A stretch of DNA of 10,080 nucleotides, taken from contig JAYUGC010000152.1 in the NCBI GenBank assembly GCA_043767805.1, positions 1 through 10,080 on the forward strand, given 5' to 3'. The position numbers and the translations under genes were made by a program. How positions within the stretch are numbered: the first letter of the stretch is position 1; each line of letters begins with the position of its first letter. The DNA comes from Pseudomonadota bacterium. GTDB taxonomy: Bacteria > Bdellovibrionota > FAC87 > UBA2466. Under the pieces are notes generated by a model that made no database searches, was not told where the DNA came from, and worked only from the letters and a program-made list of their open reading frames with translations. This document shows positions 7,077 through 10,080 of this stretch, in pieces.

Positions 7077-10000
7077 TTAGGGCTTGCTGAAGACTTCGAA
7101 CTGCTCGACGTGGAACGCCGGGTCCGCTTTCACCACGATTTGACGCTGCAGGCGCTCTTCCAAGCCCTTCCAGTGCGTCTTCTCTTCTTTCGTGATGCGT
7201 CCGATGACTTCCGAGTTCGCGAACACCACGATGTTCTTATGGGTCGTCGCGATGGCTTCCTTCTCGATCTCGCGGAAGATCTCAAAGCAGATGGTCTTTC
7301 TGCTCTTGTGATAGCCGCGGCCTTCGCAATACCCGCACTGTTCCGTCAGGTAACGGACCAAGTCTTCGTGCGTCCGCTTGCGGGTCATCTCCACGAGACC
7401 TAGCTCGGAAATCTTCAGGATGTTCGTCTTCGCGCGATCTTCCGATAGCGCTTCCTGGAGAGCGTCATAAACTTTTTTACGGTTCTGGGCGTTCTCCATG
7501 TCGATGAGATCGATGATGATGATGCCGCCGATGTTGCGGATGCGGAGCTGATAGGAGATCTCTTTGACCGCTTCCAGGTTGGTCTTGAGGATCGTCTCTT
7601 CCAAGCTCTTCGAGCCGACGTAACGGCCCGTATTCACGTCGATGGCGGTAAGCGCTTCCGACTGATCGATGAGCAGATATCCGCCCGACTTCAGCCAGAC
7701 TTTCTTGCCGAGCGCGCGCGAGATCTCCGCTTCGATGCCGTAATGCTCAAAGAGCTGAGACGGCCCCTTGAAGAGCTTTACGCGGCCCTTCAGGCGAGGG
7801 CTGAACTGCGAGATGAAGCCGAGTACGTTCTCGTAATCCTGCTGGTTGTCGATGACGAGAGAGTCCACGTCGTCCGTGAAATCATCGCGCATCGTTTTGA
7901 GAGCAAGTCCCAAGTCTTCGTGAATGAGGGCGGGTGCCTTCTTTTTCTTGGTGTTCTCCTGAATTTCCTCCCAAAGATGGAGGAGATAGTCGGCATCCGC
8001 TTTCAGCTCGCGGTAGCTCTTACCTTCGGCGACGGTACGGATGATGAACCCGACCTGGCCATTGGTGCGGATCTTCTTCGTGAAGATGTCGCGGAGCCGT
8101 CTCCGTTCCCGATCGCTTTCGATGCGGCGGGAGATGCCGAGGTGCTTTACCGTCGGCATCAGCACTAAATTTCTGCCCGGAAGGCTGATATGCGTGGTCA
8201 AGCGCGCGCCCTTGGTGCCGATGGGCGCCTTGGCGACTTGCACGAGAAGCTCTTGGCCTTCCTTCAACAAATCCTGAATCTCGACGTTTCGGCGCTCTCT
8301 ACGGCGAGTCCGGCCTCCGCCGCCTCCGCCACTGCGTCCCCCACGGCCTCGCCCTGGCGAGCCGCCGCGCCGATTGTCGCGCCGTCCGCCGCCTTCACGG
8401 CCGCGTCCCTGGCCGCCGCGATCTCTGTCGCCTACGCCGCGGGCATTCACGCGCGGATCTTCGTTACGGTCGCCGCCGCGATCGTTCCTGCTATCGATGT
8501 GCCGCTGATCCCGGTCACCCGGGTTATCGCGATCCAAGCGCGGGTCTTCGTTGTTTCTGTCGTGCCGGTCGGGCTCGACTCCTTGATTCGGATCCCGTTC
8601 GCCAGGAGCGTGCTGCTGGAAGCGGGCGTCGTCGTTAAATCTCGCGTTGCGATCTTCTTCTTGGCGCGGTTCGCGATCGTCCGGCCGATTTTCCTGCCGG
8701 TTATCCGTGCGCTGTCCGCGGTCGGCCTGGGGACGATTGTCCTGGCGGCCTTCCGGATTGTTCCCGCCCTGATCGCGGCCGCCGCCCTGGCGATTGCGAT
8801 CGCCGCCGCGGCGGTTATCGCGGTGTCCGCCGCCGTGGCCTCTGTCCCGGTTATCCCGGTTGTCTTGGCGGCCTTCCGGATTGCGATTGCGATCGGGCGC
8901 GTTTTGAATGCGATCGATGGGATCGCGAAGCTCGAGGCGCGGATGCTGCGGCTGTGCGGGCGCATTGGCATCGGCGGGCTGGCCTTCGCCCTGCTGGGGC
9001 TGACCTTCCTGTTGAGGCGCTGCCTCACCGTCCTGCTTGAGGGCTTCGGGCGGCTGCGGATTTTGTTCCGCATTGAGCAAAGCTTGTTCTTGCTCTCTCT
9101 TGATGCGTTCCGCCGGATCCACCAGGATAAGACGGGGATGGGAAACGACGGGCTTGGGCTCGTTCGTGACCGCTGCTTGTGGTTCCGTCGAATTCTGATT
9201 GGCGGCGTCGGTCGGCGCCTGAGTTTGCGTTTGGGCCGCTTCCGGATTTTGCGCCGTCGCGACCGGCGGATTTTGTTCGGCGAGAGCCGCTTGTTCTTGC
9301 TCGCGCTTGATGCGTTCCGACGGATCCTTCAATTCCAAACGAGGGTGAGGTCCGTACACTTCGAGCCGCTCGGGTCGTTCCCGGCGTCCGCCCCGCTCAC
9401 CGCGAGGTTGGTCGTCTCTTTGACGGCCTCCGCGATCGCCGCGCGCGTCCCGGTTTTGATCCCGGCCCTGATCGCGCCCGCGTCCCCCGCGGCCCCGATC
9501 TCTATCCCGGCCGCGGCCTGAGCCTTGTTGCTGCCCGCCGCCTTCACGGCCACGTCCGCCCTGGTCGCGGCCTTGCTGACGGTCCTGTCCGTCGCGGGAA
9601 TGAACGCGATTGCCGCGGCCCTCCTCATCGTCAGTGCGCGGGGCTTGGGGAAGAGGCTGTCCGTCGGGACCGAGCGCCACCACTTGCGGTACCGCGCCTT
9701 CCCCGGCCGGCTGAGCTTCGGTGCCGGGCTCGTCACCTTCGCCCGTTTCTAAATCTTCGCCTTCGTCGTCCTCTTCATCCCCTTCGAGGTCGGCGTCTAA
9801 ATCGGAGTCGCTCTCGTCGTCGACATCGCTGGAGCTATCGGAATCTCCGTCGCCATCTCCGTCGCTCTCCGTGTCGCCGTAATCGAACTCGGTGCCGAAG
9901 GGCTCATCGATGATGTCGTCGACGTAAAGAAAAGCGGTGCGCTCGAGACCGAGCTCCAAAAAGGCGGCCTGCATTCCGGGAAGAACGCGCTTAACGAGGC

Positions 10001-10079
10001 CCTTATAAATATTTCCAACGACGTTACGATCTTCTTCGCGCTCGATGTGAAGGCTTTTGATCTCTCCGTCCTCGAGGGT
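7077..10079 (-). CDS. rng: Rne/Rng-family endoribonuclease (RNase G-like, no C-terminal scaffold) with a ~540-aa insertion in the S1 domain; 5' end lies outside the window
   Basis: The frame is open upstream of ATG 9974 to the window edge and reads TLEDGEIKSLHIEREEDRNVVGNIYKGLVKRVLPGMQAAFLELGLERTAFLYVDDI (start of S1). S1 resumes at VEIQDLLKEGQELLVQVAKAPIGTKGARLT. Also present: 5'-sensor motifs GISRRIE and GFIIRT, catalytic Asp motifs LTAIDVNTG and GGIIIIDLIDM, SELGLVEMTRKR, and Zn-link CGYC. The protein ends right after the small domain (FEVFSKP). Confidence 0.92.
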   Translation of the reverse strand, partial: TLEDGEIKSLHIEREEDRNVVGNIYKGLVKRVLPGMQAAFLELGLERTAFLYVDDIIDEPFGTEFDYGDTESDGDGDGDSDSSSDVDDESDSDLDADLEGDEEDDEGEDLETGEGDEPGTEAQPAGEGAVPQVVALGPDGQPLPQAPRTDDEEGRGNRVHSRDGQDRQQGRDQGGRGREGGGQQQGSGRGRDRDRGRGGRGRDQGRDQNRDARGDRGGRQRDDQPRGERGGRRERPERLEVYGPHPRLELKDPSERIKREQEQAALAEQNPPVATAQNPEAAQTQTQAPTDAANQNSTEPQAAVTNEPKPVVSHPRLILVDPAERIKREQEQALLNAEQNPQPPEALKQDGEAAPQQEGQPQQGEGQPADANAPAQPQHPRLELRDPIDRIQNAPDRNRNPEGRQDNRDNRDRGHGGGHRDNRRGGDRNRQGGGRDQGGNNPEGRQDNRPQADRGQRTDNRQENRPDDREPRQEEDRNARFNDDARFQQHAPGERDPNQGVEPDRHDRNNEDPRLDRDNPGDRDQRHIDSRNDRGGDRNEDPRVNARGVGDRDRGGQGRGREGGGRRDNRRGGSPGRGRGGRSGGGGGGRTRRRERRNVEIQDLLKEGQELLVQVAKAPIGTKGARLTTHISLPGRNLVLMPTVKHLGISRRIESDRERRRLRDIFTKKIRTNGQVGFIIRTVAEGKSYRELKADADYLLHLWEEIQENTKKKKAPALIHEDLGLALKTMRDDFTDDVDSLVIDNQQDYENVLGFISQFSPRLKGRVKLFKGPSQLFEHYGIEAEISRALGKKVWLKSGGYLLIDQSEALTAIDVNTGRYVGSKSLEETILKTNLEAVKEISYQLRIRNIGGIIIIDLIDMENAQNRKKVYDALQEALSEDRAKTNILKISELGLVEMTRKRTHEDLVRYLTEQCGYCEGRGYHKSRKTICFEIFREIEKEAIATTHKNIVVFANSEVIGRITKEEKTHWKGLEERLQRQIVVKADPAFHVEQFEVFSKP
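8901..9347 (-). repeat. Three copies of the intragenic peptide repeat HPRLxLxDPxxRI, two of them extended by KREQEQA..AEQNP
   Basis: Copies at 9347-9267 (HPRLELKDPSERIKREQEQAALAEQNP), 9140-9057 (HPRLILVDPAERIKREQEQALLNAEQNP) and 8945-8901 (HPRLELRDPIDRIQN). Confidence 0.85.
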
Positions 10080-10080
10080 G

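Noticed and set aside
8190..9521. 443-aa + strand ORF that looks like a multi-pass membrane protein
   Set aside because: It is the antisense shadow of the RNase insertion. Arg/Asp/Asn/Gly codons read as Ala/Ile/Val/Ser on the opposite strand and rarely give stops, and the repeats show synonymous variation in the - strand frame.
8286..9911. RNase insertion as an intein, intron or mobile element
   Set aside because: There is no Cys/Ser start with His-Asn end signature, no homing-endonuclease motifs and no terminal repeats. The composition is that of a disordered region.
9972..9974. ATG 9974 as the RNase start
   Set aside because: The frame stays open to the window edge and encodes the conserved VGNIYKG..V.RVLPGM motif upstream, so the real start is outside the window.

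Overview
GC-rich bacterial chromosomal segment of housekeeping character; the gene set and protein style suggest a deltaproteobacterial/Bdellovibrionota-like organism, which is inference only. The + strand carries a tightly packed, apparently co-transcribed run: ntrY-like sensor kinase, ntrX-like sigma-54 response regulator, ispG, and an archaeal/eukaryote-type proS. After it come a palindrome-rich intergenic region and a secreted, probable 8-stranded outer-membrane beta-barrel protein. Converging on the - strand is an Rne/Rng-family ribonuclease whose start lies just beyond the window. The most unusual feature is this RNase. It has no C-terminal scaffold, but its S1 domain contains an approximately 540-aa disordered, charge-blocked insertion with three copies of an HPRLxLxDPxxRI motif conserved at the protein level. 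This may be an internally placed degradosome/condensate scaffold. All three substantial intergenic regions carry strong palindromes (1-70, 6203-6342, 7047-7072), and two of them share AAAAGGTRCC/GGTACC cores. No transposase, CRISPR array, tRNA or rRNA was seen.
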